Source: Camelus ferus
Lineage: Eukaryota
Assembly: GCF_009834535.1 (NCBI RefSeq)
Contig: NC_045697.1
Coordinates: forward strand, 90,894,001-90,958,000
DNA length: 64,000 bases
Reading direction: 5' to 3'
The translations under genes were made by a program, and so were the position numbers. The notes under the pieces were generated by a model. That model did no database searches. It was not told the origin of the DNA and saw only the letters and a program-made list of their open reading frames with translations. Shown here piece by piece: positions 25,611-39,644 of this stretch; position 1 is the first letter of the stretch; every line of letters begins with the position of its first letter.

Positions 25611-26073
25611 CTTATATATGCTTTTATGTACACACACATATATGTGAGTGATGTGTTGACTTGGTCACAAGGTAAAATATTTTATTACTATTGGATTTAG
25701 AAAAGTATGAAAGCCTCTGTTATAATTAATCTTAGTTTATTTAGCTATTTAGGCACACAATTTGTTTGTTCCTCAGGACATTCTATTAACTATTCTGATC
25801 CCATTTCTACCCAAGTCTAGATAGAGAGTTCCTATTCTTTGTTCCTGTGGTATTCTGTGTATGTTTCTAATTGCTTTTTAAAACAATTTTCTAATTTGGT
25901 CTGTTTCTGCAGTATTCATAACTAGACTGGATTAGCTACTCCTTAGAAAGTATAGCACAGTGGTTAAGCACCTGAAGGCTTTGAAATCAAACCTGGTTTT
26001 GAGTCCCAGCTCAGTAACTTACTGTGACCTTGGCAAGTTATAATCCCAGTAAGTTTTAGGTTCTTTTTAAAGT

Positions 26074-26199
26074 GAAGAGTGTATAGCTCAAGTAGTAGAG
26101 CGCATGTTTAGCATGCACAAGGTCCTAGCTTCATTCCCCAATACCTCCTCTAAGAAAACAAATAAATAAAGCCAATACCCCCCACACACAAAAAAAGAA
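26074..26199 (+). mobile_element. tRNA-Ala-derived SINE (vic-1 type) inserted in a MIR
   Basis: tatagctcaagtagtagagcgcatgtttagcatgcacaaggtcc; TSD taaagtg; MIR sequence on both sides. Confidence 0.8.
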
Positions 26200-28244
26200 T
26201 AAAGTGGGGGGAAATTATGGTAGGTAGATACCCTCATAGGGTTGTTGTGAAGATTAAACAAAACAGAACATGTAAAGTACTTAACATATCTGATATACAT
26301 GATAAGTCTTGAATAAATGGTTATTCTGTTGGGAAGAAGACTAGTACTAAATATATCCATTGACTAATGACAGCAGTAAGATGGTTTCAAGAAGGAAGGA
26401 GAGAAATAACATTTATTACATACATATCTGCAATGTGCCAGCTCTGGTCTAAGTGCTTTACAAATATTATCTGTTCTTGAAAAGTAGGATATTATTATTA
26501 TTCTCATTTTTAGGGATATGATTATAAGCCTAGAATTCAAATATAGTTCTTTCTGGTTCTCAGCCTTTATGTTTTCCCCTCCTCTGAGCTGAGGAGTAAG
26601 TGAGCAAATGAAAGAAGCTGGTCATTTGCTCCTGCTCTTCACTCCAGCACTTATGCTGCATATTTGGGTTGTGTTATTAATGTCATATTTTGGACCTTTG
26701 GAACTAGTTTCCTAAAAAATAAGACTAGAAATTCAAATATTGTAGTGGTTCATTGGCCTTTACCAATAATCTAAGAATTCTAACATTCCTCTAAAATGTC
26801 ATTTACTCGATAAAACCCCAGATTTCTCAATTCTGCTTTCCAGAAAGAAAGAAAGAAGGAGGCCTAGGATCCACCTGCAAAGATTATGATTTCATTGGTT
26901 TGGAGAAGAGACCGGGCATTAGCATCTAGGCATCTTTTAAAAGCTCCCCAGATACTCTGTATCTGTAACCAAGTTTGAGAACCACTGGTATCAATATAAT
27001 CTGAGCCCATAGGGGAGTGTCAAGGCAGTTTTGTCATTTGAGCTGGTGTTACTTTAGTCCTCAGTTTCCTTAGCCTTTAATAATACAGGCTCAAAGAATG
27101 GCATCACTTATGGCTACCAAAGGAAAAAGCTCATGGTAGTGATTCATTGGTAGTCCTAGAATTCTCTTGGCACCTTGCCAAGAGACCTCTTTATTCTTCT
27201 GAAGAGACCATTAGTCTCCATCTTGTAAATAAGCTGGTTACAAAAGACATATACATACAGACACAGACACACACACCCTTCTTCCTATAAATAACAACCA
27301 GGCAGTATTATGTTACCAGGACTAAAGAAATTGTGGCTTCTACTCCAGTGAGGCACCCAGAATGACTTAAGGATTCCAGCTGAGGAGTTTTTTGATTGTG
27401 ACATGTTTTAGTTGAGTGAACTAGGCAGTCCTTTTACTGCTGTCCATTGATCTTGTCCATGTCCACTCTCATGGGTTCTGCTCATCACCATTAGTTGAAG
27501 ATTGAGCCCATGTAGTTTCCTGATTCACTGTCCAAAACTTGCCTCAGTTTCTCTAGGTAGTTATAAGAGGAAACATTTATTTTCTGATTTATGTAGTGAT
27601 TACAATTCTTTTGGCAAAATATCTTTTATTAAATGTACTTTATAACTAAAGCAGGAAGGCTCTCTTAGGCCATTTAATTAGGTTTGTCCCTTTATAGTTT
27701 AGTCAACCACATCCTAGGGTCTATGGCCCAAGAGTATGGTGTTTATCTCTCTACCGTAAAAAAATATTCAATAGTATTTAATACCATGCACTAACATCAT
27801 TATAAACCTTAGTTTAGGAAAAAAAATCTAAAACATTGCCAATTTGTCACTAAATGTTTTTTTAAAATTGAAGTATAGTTGATTTACAATGTTGTGTGTC
27901 GCTAAACATTTTAACCAGTTCTTCAGAAATACCAGGGAGAGATTCTCTGTCTGTCCAAAGAAGCCATACTCTAGTTGTCCAAGGGTTGCCTCTTATTCTG
28001 CAGATTCCCAGTGTACCTCCATGAAATGCTATGGCTGAGTTAACAAAAATAGCAAAGCCAGCTATGGATTTCTAGTTACCACTTCAGCTAAAAATCTGCA
28101 TACTAAACATTACATACATTTAAACATTTTTGTTTGGGATTATTTGTGCCATGTTTGCTTGTATCAATGCGATTAGTTAATATGAGATGTTTGCATTATT
28201 ATAGCAAAAATTTTATTATAAACCTTTCCCCCTCTGCTCGACAG

Positions 28245-28354
28245 GTATGGATTAGAGTGTCTGTTCAGGTTTTATAGTTATGGACTGGAAAAAAAATTCA
28301 GACAAGAAATTTTTAAGGATTTCGAAGAAGAAACCAAAAAAGACTACGAATCTG
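28245..28354 (+). CDS. LARP1B: LARP1B coding exon, DM15 repeat ([36 protein letters not shown])
   Basis: Acceptor ccccctctgctcgacag|G and donor CTG|gtaaaa; 110 nt; [18 protein letters not shown] motif. Confidence 0.95.
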
Positions 28355-29060
28355 GTAAAACAAAACAAAACAACAACCTTATTCTACTTGGAAATTGTAA
28401 ACCTAAGTCTGTCAATAAATAGGGGGGTAGTTCATAACTTATTTTTCAGGGAAAACCACTTAAGACTTTCAGGACACTACAGTTCATGATGAAGGATGGA
28501 GCACCATATAGTAAGAAGGCCTTTCCTGTGAGGTGTTGGAAAAATAAGCACTCCCAAGTGTTTCCTTTATGGATTTGTTTTTTGCCATTATTCCTTTGAC
28601 AAACATGACTACTCACTGATGTCCTATTACATGAAATTTTTGTGTTAACATGAGCAGATATGCTTGGAAATGTGGAACAGCACAGTGGCTAGCAGTACAA
28701 GCACTGGGCTAGATCCTTAAGTCTGAATCCCATTTCCACTAGTAGCTCTGTGGCAGTAAGTTACTTACCCTTGTTAGCCTCAGTTTACCCATCAGTAATA
28801 TACACTAGAGCACCTGTATTACAGGGTTATATATAGTTCAAATTAGTTTAGTATATAATAAGCCATTTGAATAAAACTAAATATGTGGCAAATGCTCAGT
28901 AAATGTTAGCTGCCAGTATTCATTACAGTGTCTTATTCTCAAGATCTAGATAAAATGTGTATTAGAAGACATGGTTTAACGCTGGTAGGCTCATATTCAA
29001 TATGAATCATTTTTTAAAGATTCTGTATAATTTGTCATGTATATTCTTCTTTGTTATTAG

Positions 29061-29188
29061 GTCAGCTGTATGGATTAGAAAAGTTTTGGGCTTATCTAAA
29101 ATATTCTCAATCTAAGATGCAGTCTGTTGACCCAAAACTTCAAGAATACCTCTGTAGCTTTAAGAAGTTGGAAGACTTCCGTGTTGAT
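29061..29188 (+). CDS. LARP1B: LARP1B coding exon, DM15 repeat (GQLYGLEKFWAYLKYSQSKMQSVDPKLQEYLCSFKKLEDFRVD)
   Basis: Acceptor ttctttgttattag|GT and donor GAT|gtaagt; 128 nt; GQLYGLEKFWA.LKY motif. Confidence 0.95.
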
Positions 29189-30379
29189 GTAAGTTTTAAG
29201 TCCTTTCCCCTGTATCTTTTTATTACTCTTATATTTAATCAGTGACTTTCTGAACTTTAAAAATTTTTATTTTTTAACTTTTATTTTGATATTTTAACTT
29301 TCCAGTTTTGAAATCAAACTTTACAACAGGTACAAAAATAGTATAGAAAATTCCCATATACTCTGTTTACCCAGAGTCCCTAAATGTTAACATCTTACAT
29401 AACCACAGTACACTTGTCAGGTCACTTTAATTTTGTTACGCACCTATAATTAAACATTTTATAGATTTAGTAACTTTTATGTGGCTATGTTACTAAATTC
29501 TCACTACAGTTTGTAAATTTTTCACTTTTTATGTACTTATGTTCTAGTTTTTATAACATGTGCTGGTATAACATGGATTTAGGTTTCCATGCATAATAAA
29601 ATGAGAGCAAGAATGTCATATGTGCATCTGTAGAAACAGGAGAATAGGCTTTAAACAATTTGATTTCAAGAGGAAAAGGAAAACATTAAAAAAAAAAAAA
29701 GAATGGAGTGAATATAAGCAGATAAAAGAGAAGGGGGAAGAAAAGAGAAATAAGGAAAAAGAAAGTTTAGGTGCATCTCTGCTTAACCTTACAATTTGTT
29801 TGATTGTAGTTTTATATAAATGGATTTGATAGCTCCATAATGGAGTTAACAGAACTGCCTATGTCTCTGGAATTAAAGAATTAGGTTTCTAGAGTGGTCC
29901 AGCCAGTTCTGTCACAAAGACATCCATGCTCTGTAAGAGTAACTTTGCCCTATCTGAACAGCAGCTAAAAATTCAGGCCTCTGCTTTTAAATACGATGGA
30001 AGTTTGGAGAAGGAAGGGATTAGAGTTATAAATGCTTTGCAGTTGACAGAAGTTGAATAAAGAAGAAAAATAGCATCTCTGTAACATTTTCTCGGAGGCA
30101 AGGAACCCAGCCTTATGGTTATATTCTACTATGTAGTTCAAGCCTAAAACAGGAGTAGCTTAATAAATGTGAATGAAAGAGTGAAAATACTAGTAGGCTG
30201 TTATAGTTAGGGAGGAAATTTAAGTTTAATATCTTATACTACTGTTAAGTTTTCGTAACACTAATAAAATCTACTGAAGCACCAACGTAGTTTCCCTCTG
30301 TTAGAAAAAATCTGGCTTTAGATTTTGAAGGGAGAAAAAATAGTAAAATCATCACTATGTTGTATTTCATAATTTGCAG

Positions 30380-30625
30380 CCCCCTATTGTTGAGGAATTT
30401 GGAAGAAAAAGACATTCATCTACTTCTGGTGAGGAGAGTAATCGTCACAGACTTCCATCTTATTCCTCTGCAAAGCCACTGAATGCTGCTAAGCATACAC
30501 CTGCCAATCAGCTTCAGGTCCCAACAAACTCTCCCAGAAGGAGTACTTCCCAGCAGTCCAGTGACAATTCACACCAGAACAGTGCTGCCTCAGTCTCAAC
30601 AAATGGTGAACTGCCTGAGAAATAG
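30380..30625 (+). CDS. LARP1B: LARP1B terminal coding exon (PPIVEEFGRKRHSSTSGEESNRHR...NGELPEK*)
   Basis: Acceptor aatttgcag|CCC, phase 0 matching the previous donor; TAG at 30623-30625; followed by about 1 kb of repeat-free AU-rich 3'UTR. Confidence 0.93.
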   Translation, partial: PPIVEEFGRKRHSSTSGEESNRHRLPSYSSAKPLNAAKHTPANQLQVPTNSPRRSTSQQSSDNSHQNSAASVSTNGELPEK

Positions 30626-31603
30626 ACTCTTAACAAAAGTCGTTTGCCCTTGAAATCAACATTTACATCAGTATTTATTTGGGAAAATCTTCTGATGTTT
30701 AATTATGATAATCAGAAAAAGAAAAAGGAAGAAAAGTGGTAGCATTTTTTCTAGCAAGATAAATTCTGGAAATGTTTTTCCTGATTTCACGAACAAGGAT
30801 AGTTTTGGTGACCTTTTATAGAGATCCTCTAGTAATGTATTTTGGTTTCAGTATTTCTTTTTCAAAGCCATTTGTTTACAAGAACAGCATTCCTTAAATA
30901 TATACAAAAACAGCAGGAATGCCTAACATTTTGGCTCATACTTCTTAAAGAAGATATAGTATGTTGTATTCATCTCTTCTATAGAGCTTTCTTGAAGAAT
31001 CCAATTACCCCAACTATCAATTCATATTTGAACTTATCAAAAACAAAGGATGATTACGTATATATTTTTTAAATTCAAAAAAAGAATATGAAATGATACA
31101 GTTACTTTTCTTTTTAGATGTATAGTTTAAAGGGAACTTTTTTTATATACAAAAGTGGAAATATATTGTGGTTAGATTGAAGTATGTGCACTTTGGATGT
31201 TGTGTTTTGCTTTTTCTCCCCCCCAGTCACAACTCATGATTTCCATAGTTATTATTGTGTTGGTGCAGTGTTCTGAATTGGCTTCAGCTGGTTACGTATC
31301 AGGAGCGATTTACTTTTTGTGACTATATAAACCTGTGTGAGTAATTGAAAACTGGGTTGGGATTGGTTGGAATATTGTTCTAAATTAACTAAATCTTACA
31401 TTGTTTTGAATACATCTGCTGTTGTACATTCTGCAGATGTGTATGTCACAAGCAGTCAGATTATCTTCAATTTAAAAGGAGTACCTAGTTTTTCCTTTTT
31501 GTGTCTTTTAGTTTTATTTTATGCCTATAAGTGTTTTCAAGAAACAAACTAGTTTTTATTGCTGTTGCAACTGATGTAAATAATAGTTTCAGTTTTTGTG
31601 GGA

Positions 31604-31614
31604 ATTAAAATAAA
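31604..31614 (+). terminator. LARP1B: LARP1B polyadenylation signal (overlapping ATTAAA/AATAAA)
   Basis: ATTAAAATAAA about 1 kb past the stop, TGTAAATA at 31575-31582 upstream and a U-rich tract downstream. Confidence 0.65.
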
Positions 31615-33772
31615 GCACTTATTCTAAATTATTTGAATTGATTTTTTAATTATTTTTGTTTTAGAATATAGTTGAAAAGCTGTAATTTTCAAATTCTGCT
31701 GGTAGAAGACCATTGCATTTTGTGAATGAAGTTTCAGTTTTAAACTTGTATCTATTTTTATTTAGCTCATATATTTTCTTGTATTGGCAGATGCAGCTAG
31801 TTTAATACACTTAATTAATTTATTTTCTTTTTGATGTATTGTTCTTATAGAATGACAGCATTGAAATACATATCTTTGGATAAATGGACAATTCATTAAA
31901 TAAGAGATTTTCATTAGGTTATTTCCTATGAATAAATGATAATCTGTAGTTTTGTAATATTTAATATTTGAAGTCATTTTGATGTTTTAATTTTAAGAAA
32001 TTGTCAAATTCAAAAACTCAAAATCTACTTAGATTTTGGAAAGAGAATGCAAAACAGCTAATAGACTTAGAATAATAAATTTTTTAATGTTTTATTAACT
32101 GTGTATATAGTTCTGGCTTTCCAGTGAGAAATTTCCAAACCTTGTTTATTCTTTTTCTCAGTATCCTTTTTTTGTTGAACACATACATCTGAAACCTGTA
32201 TTTAACCTAAGGTTACTTCTACTCACCTAAATATGCAGGTGTAAATTTGATTGGGAAATTGTATGAAAACACAGTAATCAAGAGTTTTATAATATGTAAT
32301 AAATTAATAATTTTATATTATTTTGATTATAAAAGCAACACATGTACATTGGGAAATTTAGAAAAGCACAAAGAAGAAAATAAAATACCCTTTTAAGAGG
32401 AAAAAACCAAAATTGGTATCATGATATACATATAACATTATAACCTGCTTTTTTCACATGGAGGTGAGCATTTTCTGATGTCATTAATATTTCTACACCA
32501 TGACTTTTACAAGTTGCATAGTATTACAGCATGTGGATGTACCATAGTTTATTTAGCTAAATCCCCTGTGGTTGACTTTAGCATGTGGCCGGGTTTGGGA
32601 TGTTACAAACAACAATTTAATTAATAATACCCCTACAGATAAATCTTGATATATAAACTTGGAGTTACTGCCTAGCATAAATTCCTAGAGGTTGAAATTC
32701 TATGTAAAAATGTATTCCCATTTGAAGCACTCTAGAATGGTTGAGCAGTTTATACTTTCACCAACAGCATCTGCTTTTCTGTATCCTCAGCAACACTGGT
32801 TATTAAAATTATTTTTCTTTGATAGATTGAGAAAAATATTTTTTAAATTTTATTTTAATCAGGTTACTAATGAGTGATAATTTTTATTGTTTATTAACTA
32901 CATTATTTGTAGATGATTTGATCATATCCTTAATGTTTTCCTTTTGGAGTGATTCTTTTTCTAATTGATTTATAGACCTCTTTTACTTATCCAGATTATT
33001 AACCGTTTGCTTTCTACTTTTGTTTATGTATGTTTGACATGGTATGTACATTTCTTTGATAAAATTTTAAAAATTATACTCCCTAAATTCCAAATGTGAA
33101 TCTCAAGCAAATAAAAGCATTGTTATTCATTGAAAAGAAAAACATTATTGACTGTAAGTCTAAATAGCTCTACTCAAAATTTATGTAAGTTCCTAGAGAC
33201 TTTAGATGCTTCCTTTCTGTGATTTTGCATCTTTCAATTTTATTAAATAAAAAAAGGCAACATTAAAATGTTTAAATCCATACTACTTGTGCTTTTAAAG
33301 GAATAATTGAAGCCACTTTTGGAATTCTTTATACTAAAAGGAATTAAGAAAGAAAATTATGTTCTAAAATAGATACCACTTTAGTTGTTAAATAGATTTT
33401 CTTTTTAAACTGGCTTTACCAGTTTGGGACTTCACTCTGACATTCTCTCATACTTCTCTTTGCCATTATCCTGAATGATGCTACCTCTTTCCTTTCTGTG
33501 CTTAATTGTATCTTTTGCCTAATTTGTTAGATCCATGACACTGCTTTTTTTAAAAAAAAATTACAGTATAGTTGATTTACAATATTGTGTTAGTTTCAGG
33601 TGTACAGCAAAGTGTTTAGGTTATATATATTTTTTTCAGATTCTTTTCCTTTATAGGTTATTACAAGATACTGAGTATAGTTCTCTGTGCTTTACAGTAA
33701 ATCCTTGTTTGGAAACTGCTTATTTTTATTTTATTACATAGGAGACTGATCCAAGAGTAATACCTAACTATA

Positions 33773-33791
33773 TCGCCACTAGATGGCAGAA
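33773..33791 (+). promoter_or_regulatory. Candidate CTCF binding site
   Basis: tcgCCACTAGATGGCAGaa matches the CTCF core consensus CCASYAGRKGGCRS; it lies in unique sequence 2.2 kb past the LARP1B poly(A) signal. Confidence 0.65.
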
Positions 33792-33814
33792 TGGAATAAC
33801 TCAGATGCGTAAGT

Positions 33815-33818
<4 letters not shown>

Positions 33819-33855
<37 letters not shown>
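33819..33855. repeat. (TG)n microsatellite
   Basis: About 18 TG units seen directly. Confidence 0.95.
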
Positions 33856-33858
<3 letters not shown>

Positions 33859-36099
33859 GGAGAACTCTTACTCCATCTTGTGGTGATATATAATTATATC
33901 AATTACTCTTGCATTCCTAATAGTCACATGTGTCTAAACAACTCATGATTACTTTGTTAGGGCAATGCCTAACTGTGCTTAGTTACTAGTAAATAAATAC
34001 AGTAAGAGTGTTAAGATTTGTGTGTGGTTAAAGATAAAAATACTATTGCATTGAATTTTTTTGTCATTTCACTTAAAAGCTTGAAGTACTTTATTAGCAT
34101 TATTTGTGATTAACTCTCAAAGATGCAAACAAGGCAAGAAAATTGTAAGATGCATCTATTTAAATGTCTAGCTAACCTAAGCTGTGTAGTTAAATCCTGC
34201 CTGAAACATGAGAAACTTAAAACTTAAAACTAGATGGTACTCATGACTAGAACAAATTTTTGTCACGTAGCTAGCTGAATGGCAGAGCAAGGATTTAAAC
34301 TTGAGTAGTCTGGCTCCAGACCTCAAGCTATTCATCTTAACCAGACTTTAACAGCTTGAAATCTTTAATAGCTTGAAATATTGGAACATATGACACTGAC
34401 TCTAAAATGCAACTGCAGTGATTCTTAACTATTATAAAATCAAGATTAGATTCTTGTGGTTAAGACTGTGAAGTTGTATCACAGGCATCTTCAGTAATGA
34501 ATGGTCTAGTGGAATACTTACATGTTTTAAGTTCTATATGGTAAATCCTCTTTGGTGGGGGGTATTGTGATTAGGGATAATATCATATGTGTTTAAATGT
34601 TTTCCTAGAATTAGGTAAGGTAAAATAAAAATGAAACATTTTATTCAGAATACAATTAGAAATTTTAGATTACATTAGGGTTATTATTGTCAACTGAAGA
34701 TACAATCAGAAATAGTGGTATTCTATTCTTTAAAAAGCTTGAAGGAAATATGCCACATGGTTAATTTACAGGAAGCATCTCTAGCTTTATACCAGATTAT
34801 TGAATTCTTTATAATGAGCCTGTTTTTAACTTTGCCAGTTAAGACATGATTTGGTTAATAAAATGGTTTCTACCAATATACTATACATATTTGCTTCAGA
34901 TTAAAAAGAGAATTTGCTGTTTGTTGTTTTGATTTCTTTTTTTCCAGATAGTGAGTGTATCAAGTCTACAAAATTGAATACCTTTCTCAGGGTGTTTTAA
35001 GGTATGTTAGACTTTCATTGCAACATGAACGTAATCAAAGTACTGTAATGTTTTTAATATTAAAAATTTCTGGTTTCTAGTTGAATGCCCTTGAGTATAA
35101 TCTAAGGTGAGACTGTCTTATAATGGGTTAAGAGAAGGATTTTGAGAAGAAGGGTCTTTGAGGTCCCAAAATTTAATATGTAGAATTTTACGTACTTATA
35201 TATTCTTTGGAGGAGATAATCCATAGCTTTTATCAGATTCCTACCAAGATTTATGATCTTAAATAAGTTTAATGACCACTGCTCTAGAAACAACGTAGCT
35301 GATTTGATAGAAACATGAATTGAATCCTGGTTCTTCTCACTAAGTTACAGTCCTTCAGCTACAAAATTGCCTTTACCTCATAGTGTTAAAAAGATTAAAT
35401 ATAAAGTACTTAACACAGTATCTGGCGTTGAGTAAGCACTCAGTAAACACTAGCTATTATTTGGACTAAGAACTAGACCAGGCTATCTTCAGGTATGTGA
35501 AGATATTTTCTCCAATAGGCTATGAATATCATTTTAAATCTTCATGTGAAATAAACCTACCTAAAACAATTAATTGGTAAATAAAAGTCAGATTCCTTGT
35601 GATTGTTTTGTTGTCCTAGGATAATAAAGTTATGAACACTTTTCTGCCCTTGTGGTGGCTCACTTACCTCCACGTGAGAAGTAGTAGGGTGCCTGGATGC
35701 TGCTATTTCTGCTGACTGTGAACAACCGACAAGGGTATGAATTCCGTGAAGCATTCACCAAGTTATGAATCTAATTTATCATGTCTCACTTTTAGTTCTT
35801 CCCTCTTGTTTATTCAGTTAACAATTTTGCTCATTGTATTTTCCCAACATCACCACAATCTTGTTACTTTTGCCTCGTTTTAAATATCCAGTTCCTGAGC
35901 AGGATAGGAGAATCTACCTTTCCATGACCTCTCCCAGGCTCAGTGACAGTCCAGTGATCTCCCCTGCCACTTACTTTCTTTCACATGAACCTTAGTATAT
36001 AGTATAAGGAGCAAGGGAGGCACTGAAATATCTCACAAGCTTGTCAAAAACACACTGTTAGAAACTCCCTTTGGGTTGTCAAGGCACTATGGTATAATG

Positions 36100-37655
36100 C
36101 GGTGGTCCTCAAGTTGGGGGTATGCCCAGGAGTACATAAATACTTTAAGAGTTTACATAGGCATAGATCATTTCAAAGGAATTGATTTCTAAATTCTCAA
36201 TTGCCATAAGAACTCTTTCCTAAAACTGATTTATCTGATGATATGCTCCAGTTCCTAAGTCTTTTTCCTACATTTTAAAAGAAATATAGATTGCCCTTAG
36301 CCATCCCAAATATTACTCTAGATGTGAAAAGTCATGTCAGGCCACACAAAAATGAAACCTTTAATGATTCATCGAGCTCTCATAAATTCATAAGACTCGC
36401 TGAATTTCTCTACTTAATAAATATTTTTATTAAGGATAAGGCTTTGTGTGTATTTTTGGTTGGTTCATTGTGTTATTCAATGAGAGTTAGAACGTGTTTT
36501 TATCAAATTATATAAAATATGTACTACAGTTACTGCCAGTCCTCATCTTACTGCATCTGATAAAATATTTTTAATTTTTCTACTTCCTATTTATAGGATA
36601 TATTATTTTTAAAATAGCTGCCAAACAAATTTGTTTTTAGCAGATGAAAACCTTCTCTTTCATTAGATATCTTTAAAAACTTGAATCATGATTCTTCTCA
36701 AGATAAGCATTTCTAATAAAACTTGGTGGTGGAGATTGTCAAGCTGTTTATCCAGTCCAATTCTCCTTCCCCTGGTCACACTGCTAGACTGCATGCTCAT
36801 CCTTCTGCTGTTTTAGACTTGCTAGTATAACTGGTTCTGGATACTGGAAGGCAGAGAAGGTAAGGGGCACTACTTCGAGGCCTGCCCACGTGCTATCTCC
36901 ACACTCATTCTTTCCTTTCTTGACTTTGTGGAAACTACATGTGGAAGATAGCAGAGCCCCAAGGTAAGAGGAATCTGTGTCCCTGAATCACCACCTAGTC
37001 CCTTTTGGGACTCTATATCATCAAGAAATAGTCTTTTACTGTATTAAGCCATCAAGAACTTGACATTTATCTGTTACAGTAGTTAGCATTACCTTAACTG
37101 ATAATGAAAAATTTACTATTTATGTGTAATAATTGCCAAAATGTGTATATATGTTATCTCGACCATTATTTATAATATTTGTAATAGTTCAATTGAGAAG
37201 AAAAAAATTTCAATTAGAACCACTTATAGTCAGAGGAAAACAAATAAAATTTTTAATTATATATTTATTTTGGTTGTAGATACATATTTGATGTTCAATA
37301 AGACTTTCAAACATTGAAATGTATTAGGATAAAAATCTGGAGAAAATGGAATGGAAATATAAGTTCAAGGAGAAAAGAGAAAGGTATAAGTTTTCTAAAT
37401 GTTAAAAAAGAGCTTGCTTCTACACTTCTAAAAATGGATATAAATGTTATATTTGTTGTATTTGTTATATCATTGAATTCACTTAAAAAGTGACATAATT
37501 TTCTAAGTCAGTATTTATAATATGCTGGAAGTTATGACCTTTGAAACTACTAAAATGAAAAAATTTCAAACATCAACTTAAAATTTGTGGAAGATATATA
37601 CATTTATGGAAATTATTTTAGGGGGTTTTCAAGGAAAAATGTTTAAAGACTGATG
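36100..37655. mobile_element. Old hAT-like DNA transposon fossil with an MLT1 LTR (about 36725-37103) inside
   Basis: Termini cggtggtcctcaagttgggg and ...aaaatgtttaaagactgatg; the internal segment has an MLT1 3' end (ttaagccatcaagaac...tctgttacagtagttagcattacc). Confidence 0.5.
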
Positions 37656-39116
37656 GGAGGGGGGAAAATGCAGACTTTGTAGTTAAGTAGTTCTGCATCC
37701 AAATTCTGATTCTGTGGGACACTAAATAAGTTAGGTTAACCCACCTTCCCTTTTTCTACTCCAATATTTAAATGAAAATACATGTAAATTACTTACTATC
37801 TGGCACTAACCTGCTCTTGCTTTTAAGACTCTTAAGTACTTCTAGAGAGGAGCTGAGTAGGGCGATTCAATTCCTCTGCTACTGTTACCAGTCGCTCATG
37901 CTGGAAGAGCGGACTGGAGGGAGGAAATGACTTTTCCCAGTATAAAATCCTGGAGGGTTTTTAGTTTCTGTTCTGTGGACTCTGGTAGGAATGCTGGCAA
38001 GAGGAAAGATTGGTTTCTTCTGTAAGCACCCAGCATTGCTGTCATCCAGGACTCTTATTTGCTGCTCCTCACCTGTTCCAACTGATCTCTCCTAATTCCC
38101 TTACATCACCTCGTCACACTGGTTTGATTACTGTTCCTGGTGTACATTGCACAACTCCCTGCCTTGCAGTTTCCCTGGTCTCCCTTCCCCCACCCCACTG
38201 GTGCCCATTTGCCTTTTCAGGTCCAGATCAAGCTCTGCCTCCCACAGCCCCTTGCTCCTCTGAGCCATTTCAGAACTTGTTCTCTGCCCCACCTTTGGCC
38301 CCCAACATGTGTTGCCTGTCTTATGTTTCTCCTTATGGCTCTAGGCTCTAGTGCTTGTGTTTTTCAGCCCTAAAATCAATTAAGGAAGCTTAACTTCGGG
38401 GTCGGGGAGGACCCCTATGTACTGCAATTATATAGTTTGTATGTGGGAAACTAAGATTTATAACTTTTGATACATTTTAACATCCCAAATCCAATATAGA
38501 AGACAATGTGTGGGGCAGGGACTGAGATCCCTTCCCAGGCTGTGGAACTTAGTGTGTAATGAGGGAAATTTAATCTCTCTTCCTGCTCCCATCTCCTGTT
38601 TCCCAGGATACTATGGCAATTGTTTGTTCATAGATGCCCCATAAGCTTTTAGAGGCAGCTGAGAATTAAGTTGCTTATTAATTCATTTAGTCTTGACCTA
38701 CATATGGTTGAATAATCACAGGGCCATCTGTCTTCCTTAATTAACATGCAGAGATGAGGAGATTTCTCCCTACCTTCTGTGGATTGCGTGTGAATCTTGT
38801 CAAAAGGGAACCAAAATGACTTGCTGCCAGAGTCCTGGCAATTGCTTATAAGTGAAACCAACAGTAAATGGGGGAGGGGTTTTGTTGTTTTTGCTTGTTT
38901 TGTCTTTTTTAAAAGGCCTCCCGTTGTGACTAGCCTTTGCTGTTTCACCAGCCAAAGGCAGTCTCATAAATGAATAAGCAGTCCTATATTTCCTTTCAGG
39001 TTCAGGAGGTAGAATGAGAGATTTTCCCTGATGCCTGAGTTTTAGCTCCCACAGGCTTCCACATTTCTTACAGGGTACTTACACTTGCCTGCATGAAATA
39101 GATTGACTAAAGCAGT

Positions 39117-39644
39117 TTTAAGGGAGGAAAAAACTTTTCCTACTTCTCTTCTAGGTTCTTTGCCTGTTCTAATAAATAGATGTAAAACAGATTAACAGGA
39201 GGGGAAAAATAGTTTGGTAATGTGTATACTTCCTGTATATATGCAGGATGCCCAGGAAAACTGAGTAACTCCCTGAAATGGTCAAAACCCTCACCTTAAA
39301 TACCATCTTCAACAAAAGACAAAATAAGATGTTGGTGGGGAGTCAGTTATGGGAGGTTACCAGGAAAAGCACAGTAATCAATAGTAAGATTGTTATGCAG
39401 ATTTAAGTCCTTGCCTTCTCCACTGATGAGTGTTACTAGAGATTTGGTCCTCCTCTCTCTGGTGTAGAGAGGGAGACAACATTATGAATATAAATTTTTC
39501 TTATAAATATAAATGTTTCTTACAAAAGTCTTTCTACCCAGTTTTCAGAGCTTCTCTCATGCCTGCTGTTTACCAGAAAATAACCAGCCTAAAGCAATAT
39601 ACTAAAGAGATATATTTTAGGATGGCAAATTCTGCTTCCCTACA
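39117..39644 (-). mobile_element. ERV1 solo LTR (MER34/LTR39-like), copy A
   Basis: Reverse complement begins tgtagggaagcagaatttgccatcctaaaatatatctcttt; homologous over its length to copy B. Confidence 0.75.
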
